A DNA stretch of 64,000 bases, taken from positions 4,408,193 to 4,472,192 of the forward strand of contig NW_026943820.1 of the NCBI RefSeq assembly GCF_035594765.1, written 5' to 3'. This DNA comes from Anolis carolinensis (lineage: Eukaryota). Within the stretch, counting starts at the first letter, position 1. Each line of letters begins with the position of its first letter. Shown here piece by piece: positions 62,239-64,000 of the stretch. Under the pieces are notes generated by a model. It worked only from the letters and a program-made list of their open reading frames with translations. It searched no databases and had not been told where the DNA came from. A program made the translations under genes and the position numbers.

Positions 62239-63434
62239 TATAATATATTGTATGTACGGTAGAGTCTCACTTATCCAAGCTAAACGGGCCGGCAGAACGT
62301 TGGATAAGTAAATATGTTGGATAATAAGGAGGGATTAAGGAAAAGCCTATTAAACATCAAATTAGATTATGATTTTACAAATTAAGCACCAAAACATCAT
62401 GTTTAACAACAAATTTGACAGAAAAAGTAGTTCAATACGCAGTAATGCTATGTAGTAATTACTGTATTTACGAATTTAGCACCAAAATATCATGATATGT
62501 TGAAAACATTGACTACAAAAATGCGTTGGATAATCCAGAACGCTGGATAAGCGAGTGTTGGATAAGTGAGACTCTACTGTATATATAACTTGTAAGCCAC
62601 TCTGAGTTCTCTTTGGGATGAGAAGGGCGGGATATAAATATCACTAATAAATAACAAATAACTAATAATCACACTGGCCAACTGCAACATGCACAGTGGC
62701 CTCAAGCAGACAAGTGTTATCTGCCATCCTGGACATTATTCCACAGATATATAAACCCCACTTGCCTAGTTTCCAACAGAATTCACAACCTCGGAGGATG
62801 CCTGTCACAGATGTGGATGAAACATCAAGAGAGAATGCTCCTGGAACATGGCCAGACAGCCTGGAAAACTCACAGCAACCCAACGATATATTTTTTTTAC
62901 ATAGTGGTCAGTGCTCTTTTGTTTTTATCCAAGATGTTACGGAACAACAACTCCCATCACTTTGGATTATCTGCCGTCCCCGTTTCCCCGTCTTGCCCTC
63001 GACGGGTTGAATGCCTTTGATGGCACCCAGCGGAGCCTTTCCTCGGCTAAGCCTCTGTGACAAGACCTCGGAGGGTCGGATGCTGAAACACCGCTGGCGA
63101 CGAGACGGCGCCACGGTCCGGCCCGGCAGGAGGTCCTTGGGCTGTCGGATTGGATCCCGTCACATAGACGGGGGACGGCGCCGCTCATGCGCACGGGACC
63201 CAAGGCCTCTGGCTCCCGAACGCGCGAATGCGCGTTCGGGAGCCAGAGGCCTTGGGGCCCGCACGCATGAGCCGACAGCTTGGCGTGGGACTCAAACAAC
63301 TTATCTCCTCTCTGCTTGAAAACCACCTCTGTAACGGAAGCTAATGACTCCCCAGTGTGCATCCAATTAGGCCAAGCATGGCTAGTACGGAGTGAAAATG
63401 CACTTTGGCTCGAAAGCCATCCATGCAAAAAGGG

Positions 63435-64000
63435 ACTTCTCAAACTACAAGCACAACAGGAGCCAACGGTGTGATGCGGCAGCAAAAAAAGCCAATGCGA
63501 TTCTAGGCTGCAGCCGTAGGATAATGTCTGGGTCAGAGGAAGTAATAGTCCCGACACAGTTCAGAATAATTCTGTGCCTTGGTAATAATAAAATAATAAT
63601 AATAAAACTTTATTTATACCCCGCCACCATCTCCCGCGGGGGCTCGGGGCGGTAGACCACAAGCTCAACATGAGCCAACACTGTGATGCAGCAGCTGAAA
63701 AGGCCAATATGATTCTAGGCTGCAGTCGTAGGATAGTGTCTGGATCAGAGGAAGTAATAGTCCCGACACAGTTCAGAATAATTATGTGCCTTGGTAGGCC
63801 ACAAACTCAACATGAGCCAACACTGTGATGCAGCAGCTGAAAAGGCCAATACGATTCTAGGCTGCAGCCATAGGATAGTGTCTAGATCGGAGGAAGTAAT
63901 AGTCCCGACACAGTTCAGAATAATTATGTGCCTTGGTAGGCCACAAACTCAACATGAGCCAACACTGTGATGCAGCAGCTGAAAAGGCCAATATGATTCT
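63435..64000 (+). repeat. About 142-bp tandem array derived from a CR1 ORF2 fragment
   Basis: Unit contains caacatgagccaacactgtgatgcagcagctgaaaaggccaat.cgattctaggctgc (CR1 SQ.CD.AA.KAN.ILGC); single copies at about 8460, 9045, 10010. Confidence 0.8.

Noticed and set aside
62967-63557. 196-aa minus-strand ORF as a further VPS9D1 exon
   Set aside because: No similarity to the expected upstream VPS9-domain sequence; it begins within the CR1-derived array

Overview
Vertebrate genomic DNA, almost certainly a squamate and most likely Anolis. The evidence is Sauria SINEs with ACCTTT tails, Penelope, R4/Dong, CR1 and L2 fragments, hAT and mariner MITEs, Helitrons and six N-gaps. The gene order matches human 16q24.3: CHMP1A (-, first 4 coding exons), SPATA33 (+), CDK10 (+, complete, 13 coding exons, 364 aa), SPATA2L (-, complete, about 432 aa) and VPS9D1 (-, last 2 exons). 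All exons were assembled by hand with GT-AG boundaries and consistent phases, except the donor of the putative middle SPATA33 exon. The main surprise is an extra intact 6-exon gene (247 aa) between SPATA2L and VPS9D1. It encodes a Rossmann-fold SDR-like protein with NADP(H)-binding hallmarks but no catalytic YxxxK, and I know of no human counterpart at this position. Other points of interest: an apparently extra, minisatellite-filled intron in SPATA2L; a Helitron family carrying a Sauria SINE and other TE cargo; Penelope 3' ends with minimal hammerhead ribozyme motifs; tandem arrays starting at the apex of a palindromic hAT MITE; a bidirectional CHMP1A/SPATA33 promoter with a perfect CLEAR box; and no CpG-island promoter in front of CDK10. 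Nearly all entries in the six-frame ORF track are spurious or exon fragments.
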